NCBI GenBank assembly: GCA_021849125.1
Contig: JAJZTG010000004.1
Span: forward strand, 1,025-65,024
Direction of reading: 5' to 3'
DNA from: a bacterium
GTDB taxonomy: Bacteria; Patescibacteriota; Minisyncoccia; Phycocordibacterales; Phycocordibacteraceae
DNA length: 64,000 bases
Both the position numbers and the translations under genes were made by a program. How positions within the stretch are numbered: the stretch's first letter is position 1; the number at the start of each line of letters is the position of its first letter. Under the pieces are notes generated by a model. It saw only the letters and a program-made list of their open reading frames with translations, was not told the DNA's origin and ran no database searches. Positions 9,612 to 19,355 of this stretch are shown piece after piece.

Positions 9612-11105
9612 TTATCGCGTTTTATGCACCCATTGCTGCTTGATACCTGGCTTAAAGTATAGCGGATCCTCATGCGGCCAAAAGACGAGTTTTGGTTCTG
9701 CGCGCTTGCCGATAAAATCGGAGAGCTCGCGGAACTCTGAGTTCTTTTCGCGCAAGCTCTTTACGATTTCAGCAAGCAGCTTCGCGGCAAGCGCGTTTGA
9801 TATCACTCTGCCCGGTTTCTTTTCGATATTGATCTCGATATATTGATCCTGCTGATCATCATATTTCGTAATGAGCGTAAGCTTTCCGGTCACTTCACTG
9901 TTGAATCGATTATCAAGCAGCACCTCCTTGATAGTCTCAGGATAGACTTGCAGGCCATAGAGGGTAGTCGCCAGGTCGATGCGTTCGAACACATAGACGA
10001 ACGGGAGTTCAAGAATTGTTTTGTCGACACCTGCCTTACGCGCCTCCTTTTTGAGATCAATGCCGTGTGCCTTGAAGCGCTCTATGAGCTCATCGAACGT
10101 GTAGACGCCGCCATGATCCCCTATCGAGTAACGCATGAGCGGTATCGCGCTGTCACCCGAGATGAGGATCTCTCCGTTTTGCGCCTCGAAGGATACGAAT
10201 TCCGGAATGTATTGCGCCAAAGTCGGCGTTTTCGTAATGCCGTCGAAAAGGTCTGCAAAGAGCTCCTTATGCTTCACCGCCAAGCGTCGCGCCAAGATCG
10301 AGAGCGGCGTCTCAAATGCCATAGTCCCCAAATCGGCGCTGCCATAGATATTTACGGTATCGGTAAGCGGATTCTTTATGCCGACGAGCTTCGCCAAGTG
10401 ATCGCGGAAATTCTCGGTAAAGGCTTCAGCGGCAAAGAGAAGCTTCACCGTGTGCTTTTTGAAAGAAATGCCTTGTGCTCGTGCGGCATCAATGACGTCT
10501 TTCAAGAAAGGCGGGTAGCCAGCGAGGATGAGCTGGTCGTACTGCGGCGCGATGTCCGTCAACGCTTTCAGTATCTCGTTCTTATTGATGCCAGGCGTAA
10601 GGATGGCAAGCGGATAGCCGCGACGACCCATGAGCTCGAAAGCCTGATAGGTGATAACCCCGCCGATCCACACGCCCATGCCGAAACAGACGATGACCAG
10701 CGTCGATTTCTCAGGCGAGAGCGAACTGTTCGAGAAGAACATCTCGTGGATGAGGGACGATTGGTTATCGACTGCCTGCGAGCGTGCGAAATACGTCGGG
10801 GTGCCGGTTGAGCCGGATGTCGAGGTGAGTACCTGTGACGAACGTGTCGTGCCATCCCAGAAAAGTTTTGAAAACGGGTTGCGGTGCAAATAGTTTTTCT
10901 TAGTGAGGATCGGCGCATTCGCAGGTGTCATCCCTGCGCGAAGCATCTTCCGATATGCTGGCACCTGCTTTGCCATGCGTTCAAAAAGCGTCGCTCTATG
11001 CTTCTTCTGTGCTCGTGTAAATGATGAGCTTGAGCGTTTACGCAGCCGGGCAATCTGCGAAGAAAACGGTAGACGACCATCCTTCATATTTCCTGACTGT
11101 ACCAT
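9612..11105 (-). CDS. Phenylacetate-CoA ligase / F390 synthetase-like adenylate-forming enzyme
   Basis: STSGSTGTP AMP-binding loop, LAGYPPFL, IYGSADLG, PLMRYSIGD. Confidence 0.85.
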   Translation of the reverse strand: MVQSGNMKDGRLPFSSQIARLRKRSSSSFTRAQKKHRATLFERMAKQVPAYRKMLRAGMTPANAPILTKKNYLHRNPFSKLFWDGTTRSSQVLTSTSGSTGTPTYFARSQAVDNQSSLIHEMFFSNSSLSPEKSTLVIVCFGMGVWIGGVITYQAFELMGRRGYPLAILTPGINKNEILKALTDIAPQYDQLILAGYPPFLKDVIDAARAQGISFKKHTVKLLFAAEAFTENFRDHLAKLVGIKNPLTDTVNIYGSADLGTMAFETPLSILARRLAVKHKELFADLFDGITKTPTLAQYIPEFVSFEAQNGEILISGDSAIPLMRYSIGDHGGVYTFDELIERFKAHGIDLKKEARKAGVDKTILELPFVYVFERIDLATTLYGLQVYPETIKEVLLDNRFNSEVTGKLTLITKYDDQQDQYIEINIEKKPGRVISNALAAKLLAEIVKSLREKNSEFRELSDFIGKRAEPKLVFWPHEDPLYFKPGIKQQWVHKTR

Positions 11106-11336
11106 AGGACTCCCTCACTAAATTTCATTTCCAGCCGAGTGCCGTAATTCCTTACTTGTCGATACTTATGCCTTAAATAGATCGCGGCAAGCTCATTGCC
11201 GTAGCGGTAGGTATTGAGAAATGACTATGCATCCCCATCGATTCCCGTTAGTTCCCCCTGTCTCTTTCTTCATGCCATTCTAAGTATGCACATAACCCTG
11301 GCTACATCGCCAATGTTGAGAGGTATGATTCAAATT

Positions 11337-11876
11337 ATGAATACCATACAAAATTCTTCCTTCGCAGCAGCGCGTTTCTTCTTTTCTGACACCCGAAGCG
11401 CCTCGTTCTGGCTTCTCGTCCGGCTCTATATCGGCTGGATCTGGCTTTCGGCCGGTTGGGAGAAAGCATCCAATCCTGCATGGTTCGGATCGGATGCCGG
11501 CGCATCGATCAACGGTTTCGTCTTGGGTGCGCTCGCGAAGACTACCGGCGCTCATCCTGATGTCCAAGGATGGTACGCTTCGTTCCTCATGCACGTGATG
11601 CTTCCCCACCCGATGGCGTGGGCAAACGCGATAACCCTCGGTGAAATCCTCGTCGGACTCGGTCTCATCGTCGGACTCTTCACCGCCGCAGCTGCATTCT
11701 TCGGTTTCTTCATGAATATGAATTTCTTGCTCGCGGGTACCGTAAGCGTGAACCCGGTCATGCTCCTTTGCGCTATCGGGCTCATGTGCGCGCACCGCGT
11801 CGCAGGCTACTGGGGTCTCGATCGTTTCGCAAAACGCTGGTACCGCAAGACGTCAGCAGGCCCTCTTACTTCATAA
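11337..11876 (+). CDS. DoxX/DoxD-family membrane protein
   Basis: RLYIGWIWLSAGWEK, GEILVGLGLIVG, AGTVSVNP, GLDR; start placed 7 nt after TATGAT. Confidence 0.85.
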   Translation: MNTIQNSSFAAARFFFSDTRSASFWLLVRLYIGWIWLSAGWEKASNPAWFGSDAGASINGFVLGALAKTTGAHPDVQGWYASFLMHVMLPHPMAWANAITLGEILVGLGLIVGLFTAAAAFFGFFMNMNFLLAGTVSVNPVMLLCAIGLMCAHRVAGYWGLDRFAKRWYRKTSAGPLTS

Positions 11877-11944
11877 AACACCCTCTGCTTGATCGATGGT
11901 GACCTGCCGCATCAAGCGGCACCTCTCTCTGCTATAGTTTCTAG

Positions 11945-13240
11945 ATGATGGAGCCTACGATACGAAATTCGGAAGCGCTCGCGAAAACAGAGTTACGTCG
12001 CGATGCGCTCGCTATCGCCGAAGCCGGGTTCGCTGCCGTACAGACGAGCACTGCTCTGCATCGCGAGCTCCGTGTCGAAGGCGAGACACTCCACATCGGC
12101 GAGCGTACGTACCCGATCGAAAACCGCCGCATCTACTTCGTCGGTATCGGTAAATGCGCGATCGATGCGGCGCACGAGATCGAAGAAGTGCTCGGTGATC
12201 GCCTCACGGCAGGCATCGCGCTCGATGTCTCCCCCATCGAGGAGCACAAGCTTCGCAAGATCGTCCCGTATATCGGCACGCATCCGCTCCCGAGCGAGAC
12301 GAACGAACGCGCGACCGAAAGCATCCTGGGACTTCTCGGCATGTGTGAAGAAAAGGACCTCGTCCTCATGCTCATCTCAGGCGGCGGCTCGACCTTGCTA
12401 TGCCTCCACGAAGATTCCAAGCTCTGTCTTAGCGAAGCTGTGCTTTTCTCCAGCCTTACGAAAGCTGGAGTCACGATCCAAGAGATGAATACGGTGCGTA
12501 AGCATATTTCGCCGGCACGCGGCGGCGGACTCGCGAAAGCAGCCTATCCGGCGGAAGTCATCGCGCTCATCGTCTCGGATGTGCCCGGGAACGATATCGT
12601 GCATGTCGCTTCCGGACCGACGATCCTCGACACTTCGACGATCGCTGACGCACAAGCTGTCCTTGACCGGCACCGGATCACCCTGCCCCAAGGCATCATC
12701 CTTGAGGAGACACCGAAGGAACCTAGGTATTTCGAACACGTAGCGAACGTCCTCTTCCTTTCAAATGAAGACGTCCTCCGTGCGATGCAAGAGGAAGGCG
12801 AGCGTCGTGGATATGCCGTAACCGTCGTCGATAACCGGATTACGGGAGAGGCGCGTGACGTGGGTCAACGCATCATCGCAAAGCTGCACGAGGCCCCGAC
12901 ACGATCGCTCCTCCTCTACGCAGGCGAGACGACCGTCACGCTCAGCGACGGGCACGGCAAAGGCGGGCGCAATCAGGAAATGGCGCTCGCGGCGCTCGAG
13001 ACTGTCGATGATGACGAACTCCTCCTCCCCTTCGCGTCCGACGGACACGATAACAGCGATTACGCGGGAGCTATCGCGGATACGACGACGTGCGTGCACG
13101 CCGAAGAGAAAGGTATCGTTCCTGCCGACTACCTCGCGGGGCATCGCTCATATGATTTCTTTTCCACGACTGGTGACGCTCTCGAAACCGGCTATACCGG
13201 CTCGAACGTGTCCGACCTTATCATCGCGATAAAACACTAG
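11945..13240 (+). CDS. Glycerate 2-kinase (DUF4147/MOFRL family)
   Basis: GIGKCA, HPLP, LISGGGS, SDVPGND, ASGPT, GETTV, GGRNQE, TGSNVSD. Confidence 0.92.
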   Translation: MMEPTIRNSEALAKTELRRDALAIAEAGFAAVQTSTALHRELRVEGETLHIGERTYPIENRRIYFVGIGKCAIDAAHEIEEVLGDRLTAGIALDVSPIEEHKLRKIVPYIGTHPLPSETNERATESILGLLGMCEEKDLVLMLISGGGSTLLCLHEDSKLCLSEAVLFSSLTKAGVTIQEMNTVRKHISPARGGGLAKAAYPAEVIALIVSDVPGNDIVHVASGPTILDTSTIADAQAVLDRHRITLPQGIILEETPKEPRYFEHVANVLFLSNEDVLRAMQEEGERRGYAVTVVDNRITGEARDVGQRIIAKLHEAPTRSLLLYAGETTVTLSDGHGKGGRNQEMALAALETVDDDELLLPFASDGHDNSDYAGAIADTTTCVHAEEKGIVPADYLAGHRSYDFFSTTGDALETGYTGSNVSDLIIAIKH

Positions 13241-13244
13241 CACC

Positions 13245-15665
13245 ATGAACGATCCTTTCATCCTTTGGTTCGAAGACGTAAGCATGGACAATGTCAGACA
13301 GGTCGGCGGCAAGAACGCTTCCCTGGGCGAGCTCATCCGTGCGGTCGAGCCCAAAGGGGTCCGTATCCCGCACGGCTTCGCCGTTACCGCTGCGGCGTAT
13401 CAGCACTACCTCAAAGAGACCGGGCTCGCCATTTTCATAAAACAGACGCTCAAAGGGCTCGATACCAAGGACCTGAAAGCGCTCGCGGCGGCGGGATCAG
13501 CGATCCGCAAGAAGATGCGCGCGACCGCGCTCCCGAAAGATCTCGAGAAAGAGATCCGTAAAGCCTACGCGAAGATGGAAAAGAAATACGGTGCGAGCAC
13601 GGATGTCGCCGTACGCTCCAGCGCGACCGCAGAAGACCTGCCGGGTGCGTCATTCGCCGGAGAGCAAGAGACCTACCTCAACATCCGCGGCGCTGATGAT
13701 GTCGTACGTGCCGCTATCTGGACGATGGCCTCCCTCTTCACCGACCGCGCGATCTCCTACCGCGCGCACCGTGGCTTCGATCATATGAAGGTCTCGCTCT
13801 CGGTGGGCGTGCAGAAGATGGTACGGAGCGACAAAGGCGCTTCGGGTGTCATGTTCACCGTCGACACCGACAGCGGCTTCAAGGACGTCGTAGTGGTGAA
13901 CGCGACCTACGGCCTCGGCGAGATGATCGTCCAAGGCCGCGTGACGCCGGACGAATACCTCGTATCGAAATCCCGGATCGGTGCTGTAAAGGATCCTATC
14001 ATCTCTAAGAAGATCGGTACGAATGAAAAGAAGATGGTATATGACACCGGCAAGAAAGCGGTGCAACAGACGAAGGTGGTTCCGGTAAGTGACGCTGACC
14101 AGAAACGCTTCGTCCTAAGGGATGAGGAGATCGTCACGATGGCGACATGGGGTGCGCTCATCGAGGAGCACTACAGCGCCCGCGCGAAGAAGTGGACGCC
14201 GATGGATATGGAGTGGGCAAAAGACGGCATCTCGGGAGAGCTCTTCATCGTGCAGGCACGCCCCGAAACCGTGCAGGCAGGCCGCGACTTCACCAAACTC
14301 ACGGAATACAAGGTAACAGGGGCGGGAAAAGAGCTCTTGCACGGCATCTCGGTCGGCTCGAAAGCAGTCTCTGGCAAGGCGCACGTCATCCTTTCTCCTA
14401 AAGAAATAAAGAAGTTCCGGAAGGGCGAGGTGCTCGTCACGACGATGACCGATCCGGACTGGGAGCCGATCATGAAGATGGCAAGTGCGATCGTGACCGA
14501 CCAGGGCGGCCGCACCTCGCACGCGGCGATCGTTTCCCGCGAGCTCGGCCTCCCTGCGATCGTGGGCTCCGGTAATGCGACCAAACTGCTTAAGACCGGG
14601 ATGGTGGTCACCGTCGACACCACCGGAAGCGAAGGTGTCGTCACTGAAGGACGAGCGAAGAAGATCGAGATGCGCGAACACCACCTCGGTGCGCTTCCCG
14701 CGACCAAGACCAAGATCATGGTGAACATCGCATCGCCAGGTATCGCCTTCGAGAACTCGTTCCTCCCGGTCGCGGGCGTAGGACTCGCCCGCGAGGAGTT
14801 CATCATCGCGTCCGAGATCGGCGTCCACCCGCTCGCCCTCCTGAATCTGAAGAAACAGAAGCCCGGGGTGAAGAAAGAGATCGCCAAGCGCATGCGGGGC
14901 TGGGAGAATCCGGTCGAGTATTACGTCGACAACCTCGCTTACGGCATCGCGAAGATCGCTGCAGCGTTTTCGCCGCGTCCGGTCATCGTCCGCTTCTCTG
15001 ATTTCAAGACCAACGAATACTCGACGCTCCTCGGCGGCGAGGCTTATGAGCCGAAGGAGGAAAACCCGATGCTCGGCTGGCGTGGCGCTTCCCGCTACTA
15101 CGACCCGAAGTTCAGGGACGCGTTCATACTTGAGGTACGCGCGGTCAAGAAAGTGCGTGAGGAGATGAGGCTCGATAACGTGATCCCCATGATCCCCTTC
15201 TGCCGTACGACCCGCGAAGCTGAGCAGGTGCTCTCGGTCATGAAAGAACACGGCCTCGTACCGAAGTCGCTTGCAGGCAAAGGCGAGAAGACGACGCCGG
15301 TCTACATGATGTGCGAGATCCCCTCGAACGTGCTTCTCGCCGAAGAATTCCTCGACCTCGTAGACGGCATGTCCATCGGCTCAAACGACCTGACCCAGCT
15401 CACCCTGGGGCTCGATCGCGATTCAGGCATCGTGACCCATATCGGCAACGAGAATGACGAAGCGGTGCGCGCACTCATAAGCCAGGTGGTACGGAAATGC
15501 GCCGCACGCGGGAAGTATCTGGGCATCTGCGGCCAAGGACCGTCCGACCTTCCCGACTTCGCGGAATTCCTCGTCGAGGAAGGCCTCCCGAGCATGTCGC
15601 TCAACCCCGACTCGGTCATAAAGACGATCGAGCACGTCGCCGAGATTGAGGAAGCTAAAAGATAA
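13245..15665 (+). CDS. ppsA: Phosphoenolpyruvate synthase (pyruvate, water dikinase)
   Basis: VGGKNASLGE, AVRSSATAEDL, GGRTSHAAIVSRE phospho-His, SIGSNDLTQ, GICGQGPSD. Confidence 0.96.
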   Translation: MNDPFILWFEDVSMDNVRQVGGKNASLGELIRAVEPKGVRIPHGFAVTAAAYQHYLKETGLAIFIKQTLKGLDTKDLKALAAAGSAIRKKMRATALPKDLEKEIRKAYAKMEKKYGASTDVAVRSSATAEDLPGASFAGEQETYLNIRGADDVVRAAIWTMASLFTDRAISYRAHRGFDHMKVSLSVGVQKMVRSDKGASGVMFTVDTDSGFKDVVVVNATYGLGEMIVQGRVTPDEYLVSKSRIGAVKDPIISKKIGTNEKKMVYDTGKKAVQQTKVVPVSDADQKRFVLRDEEIVTMATWGALIEEHYSARAKKWTPMDMEWAKDGISGELFIVQARPETVQAGRDFTKLTEYKVTGAGKELLHGISVGSKAVSGKAHVILSPKEIKKFRKGEVLVTTMTDPDWEPIMKMASAIVTDQGGRTSHAAIVSRELGLPAIVGSGNATKLLKTGMVVTVDTTGSEGVVTEGRAKKIEMREHHLGALPATKTKIMVNIASPGIAFENSFLPVAGVGLAREEFIIASEIGVHPLALLNLKKQKPGVKKEIAKRMRGWENPVEYYVDNLAYGIAKIAAAFSPRPVIVRFSDFKTNEYSTLLGGEAYEPKEENPMLGWRGASRYYDPKFRDAFILEVRAVKKVREEMRLDNVIPMIPFCRTTREAEQVLSVMKEHGLVPKSLAGKGEKTTPVYMMCEIPSNVLLAEEFLDLVDGMSIGSNDLTQLTLGLDRDSGIVTHIGNENDEAVRALISQVVRKCAARGKYLGICGQGPSDLPDFAEFLVEEGLPSMSLNPDSVIKTIEHVAEIEEAKR

Positions 15666-15669
15666 CACC

Positions 15670-16914
15670 ATGAACATCACTTCCGTTTCCGCAACACAGA
15701 TTGTCGACACACGCGGGAAACCGACGATCGAAACGACGCTTCGCGCAGGCGACCTCACCGCGACCGCATCGGTCCCTTCCGGCAAATCGACCGGCTCACA
15801 TGAAGCGCTTGAGCTGCGCGACCCGGATGGTGGAGTGCAGACCGCGATCAGTAATGTAGAAGGTGAGATCGCGACGCTCCTTACGAGCCGCGACTGGAAC
15901 ACTCCCGATGAGATCGACGAGGCGATGATCGCACTCGATGGCACTCCGAACAAGTCGCGCTTGGGCGCAAACGCGATCCTTTCCGTCTCGATCGCAGCAC
16001 AACGCCTCTTTGCTCTCGCCGAAGGCATTCCCCTCTGGAAAGCCATCAGCGCACGCGCTGGTCTTACGCCGGGGAACCCTCGCCTTTACCTCAACTTCAT
16101 GAACGGTGGCGTGCATGCCCCCACACCAACTTCAACATCGCACGGGAAAGGCACTGAAAATACGGACTCAAAGTTGGTGTGGGGGCTCCCCTTCCAGGAA
16201 TACATCCTCGTGGTCGAGGGCAAGACGAGCAGCGCACTCCCGATCGCAGAGGAAGCATTCGAGATGCTCGGCAAGCGTTTGGGCAATGTGCCGATGGGAG
16301 ACGAGGGCGGCTACGCGCCTTCCTTTGAGAAACTCGACGAGCCTTTCGAACTGCTCGACGAGCTCGTAAGCGAGTTCCCCGGCACCTCGATCGCGATCGA
16401 CGCCGCCGCGACCGAACTTCGCGATGGAGACGGCTATGCGCTCCTTGGTACCCATTACACTCCCGAAGAACTTACTACCATATATGGTAGTATCGTTGAT
16501 CGCTTTCCGATACATAGCATCGAAGATCCGTTCGCAGAAGATTCGTATTCCGATTTTGTACGTCTTACAGCCGAAATCGGTAACCGAACCATAGTAATCG
16601 GTGACGACTTTACGGTGACGAATCCAGAGCGCATCGACGAAGCGCTCACCGAGCACGCGATAAATGGCGTCCTCATAAAGCCCAACCAGATCGGTACGGT
16701 CGGCGAAGCCATCAAGGCGGTGCAGATGACCCACGAAGCTGGCTGGGCGACCGTCTGCTCGCACCGCTCCGGCGAGACCGATGATACCTTCATCGCCGAT
16801 TTCGCCTACGGCGTGGGAGCGCACGGCATCAAAGCCGGTGGCCTCGGCCAGAAGGAGCGCCGAGAGAAGTACATGCGTCTGCTTGAGATAGAGCACGAGG
16901 CGGGAATGGAGTAG
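15670..16914 (+). CDS. eno: Enolase with in-frame palindromic insertion
   Basis: DTRGKPT, PSGKSTG, NKSRLGANA, GDEGG, KPNQIG, SHRSGET. Confidence 0.93.
   Translation: MNITSVSATQIVDTRGKPTIETTLRAGDLTATASVPSGKSTGSHEALELRDPDGGVQTAISNVEGEIATLLTSRDWNTPDEIDEAMIALDGTPNKSRLGANAILSVSIAAQRLFALAEGIPLWKAISARAGLTPGNPRLYLNFMNGGVHAPTPTSTSHGKGTENTDSKLVWGLPFQEYILVVEGKTSSALPIAEEAFEMLGKRLGNVPMGDEGGYAPSFEKLDEPFELLDELVSEFPGTSIAIDAAATELRDGDGYALLGTHYTPEELTTIYGSIVDRFPIHSIEDPFAEDSYSDFVRLTAEIGNRTIVIGDDFTVTNPERIDEALTEHAINGVLIKPNQIGTVGEAIKAVQMTHEAGWATVCSHRSGETDDTFIADFAYGVGAHGIKAGGLGQKERREKYMRLLEIEHEAGME
16117..16186. repeat. 70-bp element with perfect 16-bp terminal inverted repeat inside eno
   Basis: gcccccacaccaactt (16117-16132) / aagttggtgtgggggc (16171-16186). 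Confidence 0.85.
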
Positions 16915-16925
16915 AATGGGCGTAT

Positions 16926-17927
16926 ATGAAAATACAGTATTTTGCGAGCGAGGATTGGGAGAAGGAGTATGTTGCTGGCAAGCTTGCCGGCAATGAGGTC
17001 GTCTTTAACGATGGCCCGCTCTCCAATTTCCCCGACCTTACGGATAACGCCGCTGAAGCGCTCTGCATCTTTATCGACTCGAAGATCGGTGCCGAGGAAC
17101 TCGACCGCTTCCCTGCTGTAAAGCTCATCGCGACCCGGTCAACAGGCTTCGATCATATCGACCTTGAAGCGACGAAGGCGCGCGGCATCACCGTCACGAC
17201 CGTCCCCTTCTACGGGGAGAACACGGTCGCTGAGTTCGCATTCGCGCTCCTCCTCGCGCTTTCCCGCCGTATTCCCGAGGCAAGCGAGATCGTGAAGCGC
17301 GGCGGCTTCTCCCCTACCGGCCTGCGCGGCTTCGATCTCTCCGGCAAGACGATGGGTATCGTCGGCTGCGGCCACATCGGCATGCACATGATCAAGATGG
17401 CTAACGGCTTCGGCATGAAAGTCCTCGGCTTCGATGTCCACCCCGACCCTGAAGTAGCCAAGGCGAACGACTTCTCGTATGCCTCGCTTCCCGAGCTTTT
17501 CGCCCAGTCCGATGTGATCTCGCTCCACGTCCCCTATAACCCGCACACGCACCACCTCATCAACAAGGAGAACGTGGGCTCGATCAAGAAAGGCGCCTAT
17601 CTCATCAACACTTCCCGCGGAGCCGTCGTCGAGACGGAAGCGCTCGTCGAAGCGCTCAAGAACGGCACGCTGGCTGGCGCAGGTCTCGATGTCCTCGAGG
17701 AAGAGGGCGATATGGCCGACGAAACGGCGCTTCTCGTACAGCCGCATCCCAATGAGGACGCGCTCAAGATCGCGCTTGCCAACCACTACATCATCGACCA
17801 CCCGCGTGTCATCGTGACTCCGCATGCCGCTTTCAACACGACCGAAGCCATAACGCGTATTCTCGATACGACGATCGACAACATCACAGCGTTTGCAACT
17901 GGTGCGCCGCAAAATGCGCTCGCCTGA
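16926..17927 (+). CDS. D-isomer-specific 2-hydroxyacid dehydrogenase (D-lactate dehydrogenase-like)
   Basis: RSTGFDHID, GCGHIG, SLHVP, INTSRG, LDVLEEE, TPHAAF. Confidence 0.92.
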   Translation: MKIQYFASEDWEKEYVAGKLAGNEVVFNDGPLSNFPDLTDNAAEALCIFIDSKIGAEELDRFPAVKLIATRSTGFDHIDLEATKARGITVTTVPFYGENTVAEFAFALLLALSRRIPEASEIVKRGGFSPTGLRGFDLSGKTMGIVGCGHIGMHMIKMANGFGMKVLGFDVHPDPEVAKANDFSYASLPELFAQSDVISLHVPYNPHTHHLINKENVGSIKKGAYLINTSRGAVVETEALVEALKNGTLAGAGLDVLEEEGDMADETALLVQPHPNEDALKIALANHYIIDHPRVIVTPHAAFNTTEAITRILDTTIDNITAFATGAPQNALA

Positions 17928-17987
17928 TCGGCCCGCTTGGGCGAAAACTAAAAAGGACCCCAGTCTCGATTATTATCCACCGACATC

Positions 17988-18019
17988 AGAAAAATCGCGA
18001 CATTTGTCGCGATTTTTCT
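17988..18019. terminator. Bidirectional terminator
   Basis: agaaaaatcgcgaca-tt-tgtcgcgatttttct between convergent genes. Confidence 0.75.
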
Positions 18020-18032
18020 TCATGTTCAGGAT

Positions 18033-18290
18033 TTAAGATTCAAGCACTTTCTTTCTCTCTTCGAACTCGTGCTTATCGATCTCTCCCTTTGCATAGCGCT
18101 CTCTGAGAAGCTCGAGCGAGGAGCCGCCACGAAATGCATGGCAGCGCCACATCGGCTTGCCGCGCAGTACGCGAACGAGAACGTTTATGAGCACGATCGC
18201 GACGACGATCCAAAATATCGCGTGCAACACCCCGAAAGACCCGCAACCACCGTATCCCATCATCGGATACCCATAGCCATATCCCAACAT
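18033..18290 (-). CDS. SHOCT-domain membrane protein
   Basis: Gly/Tyr/Met-rich N-terminus, one TM, LRERYAKGEIDKHEFEERKK. Confidence 0.85.
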   Translation of the reverse strand: MLGYGYGYPMMGYGGCGSFGVLHAIFWIVVAIVLINVLVRVLRGKPMWRCHAFRGGSSLELLRERYAKGEIDKHEFEERKKVLES

Positions 18291-18380
18291 AGACAGTATT
18301 GCTTAAAAGCTTGTAACAATCTCAGTATACCACCGGCACGCAATCTTCTGTCGCGAGCGGGTCTGTGGTAGGCTGTCCTT

Positions 18381-18707
18381 ATGTTTGGCTTCTCTTTCGG
18401 TCCGAAGACCGTTTCTGCCGCTGACGCGCACGAGCGCATGAAGCAAGACGGCTGCGTCCTCGTCGACGTACGCTCTCGCGAAGAGGTGCGTCAGCTCGGC
18501 ATACCAGGTGCTCTCAATATCCCGCTTGAAACGCTTGAGAACCGGGCTCCTGAGCTTTCCGGCTACGAGACGGTGTACGTCATCTGCCGTTCGGGGGGCC
18601 GAAGCGCGATGGCGACGAATCTCCTCCACTCGCTCGGCATTACCCAAGCAGAGAATGTCGCCGGCGGCATCATCGCCTGGCAGGCTGCCAAGCTTCCGCT
18701 AGCGTAA
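18381..18707 (+). CDS. Rhodanese-like protein
   Basis: LVDVR, IPGALNIP, CRSGGRS, NVAGGIIAW. Confidence 0.9.
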   Translation: MFGFSFGPKTVSAADAHERMKQDGCVLVDVRSREEVRQLGIPGALNIPLETLENRAPELSGYETVYVICRSGGRSAMATNLLHSLGITQAENVAGGIIAWQAAKLPLA

Positions 18708-18773
18708 GCCTTTTGCATATAAACAACGAACCTCCTGCAGGATTGCAGGAGGTCTTTATTTGAAAGAACGCAT

Positions 18774-19343
18774 TCAACTCGTTACCACTCGGCGGCAAAT
18801 GAGCAGTCGGCGAGAAGCCGACCATTTCGGTTTCGCGAGCGGCGCCGGAACATCCACATGCCATACGCCCTGACGGTCGCGATAGATTGACCCGAAGACA
18901 ACCGGGCATTTCTCGTCTCCTGTCTCGAATGGGAATAAGACGCCCCATTCAGGATCAACATCAAGCTGTTCCCCTTGCCCGTTCCGCAAAGCGTCTGCAA
19001 ATTTCTCCGCCTGATGCAGCGTGAGCGTGTACCTTCCCTTGATAAGCAGGATGCCCAGATTTTTCTTACTCAGATCATCTGGGAAGGTTCCCAATACCCC
19101 CGAAACGGCTCGTTCGGTATCCCAGTTCTGCGGGAAGCCGCAAACCTTGATCGAGGCTGGAAGCATTGCCGGTTGCCTGAGCCGCGCATACTTCCGAAGG
19201 TCGGGGTCTGTGCTGTATTGGATAAAGCACTTACTGGTGTCCACCGCCTCGAGCCCGCCGATATGAAACTCGGCGAGAACCGAACAGGTCAGTGGCTCAT
19301 TCGTCCCTTGCCGGGGCGCACTTGGAGAAGCAAGTACCGTCAT
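18774..19343 (-). CDS. Hypothetical protein
   Basis: 189-aa ORF filling the gap, followed by hairpin at ~18730-18754; no motif recognised. Confidence 0.5.
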   Translation of the reverse strand: MTVLASPSAPRQGTNEPLTCSVLAEFHIGGLEAVDTSKCFIQYSTDPDLRKYARLRQPAMLPASIKVCGFPQNWDTERAVSGVLGTFPDDLSKKNLGILLIKGRYTLTLHQAEKFADALRNGQGEQLDVDPEWGVLFPFETGDEKCPVVFGSIYRDRQGVWHVDVPAPLAKPKWSASRRLLICRRVVTS

Positions 19344-19355
19344 GATGGTTTCCCT

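Noticed and set aside
11337-18707. DoxX plus rhodanese as a thiosulfate oxidation pathway
   Set aside because: Genes are 6.5 kb apart, no DoxA partner is seen, and both families are functionally broad.
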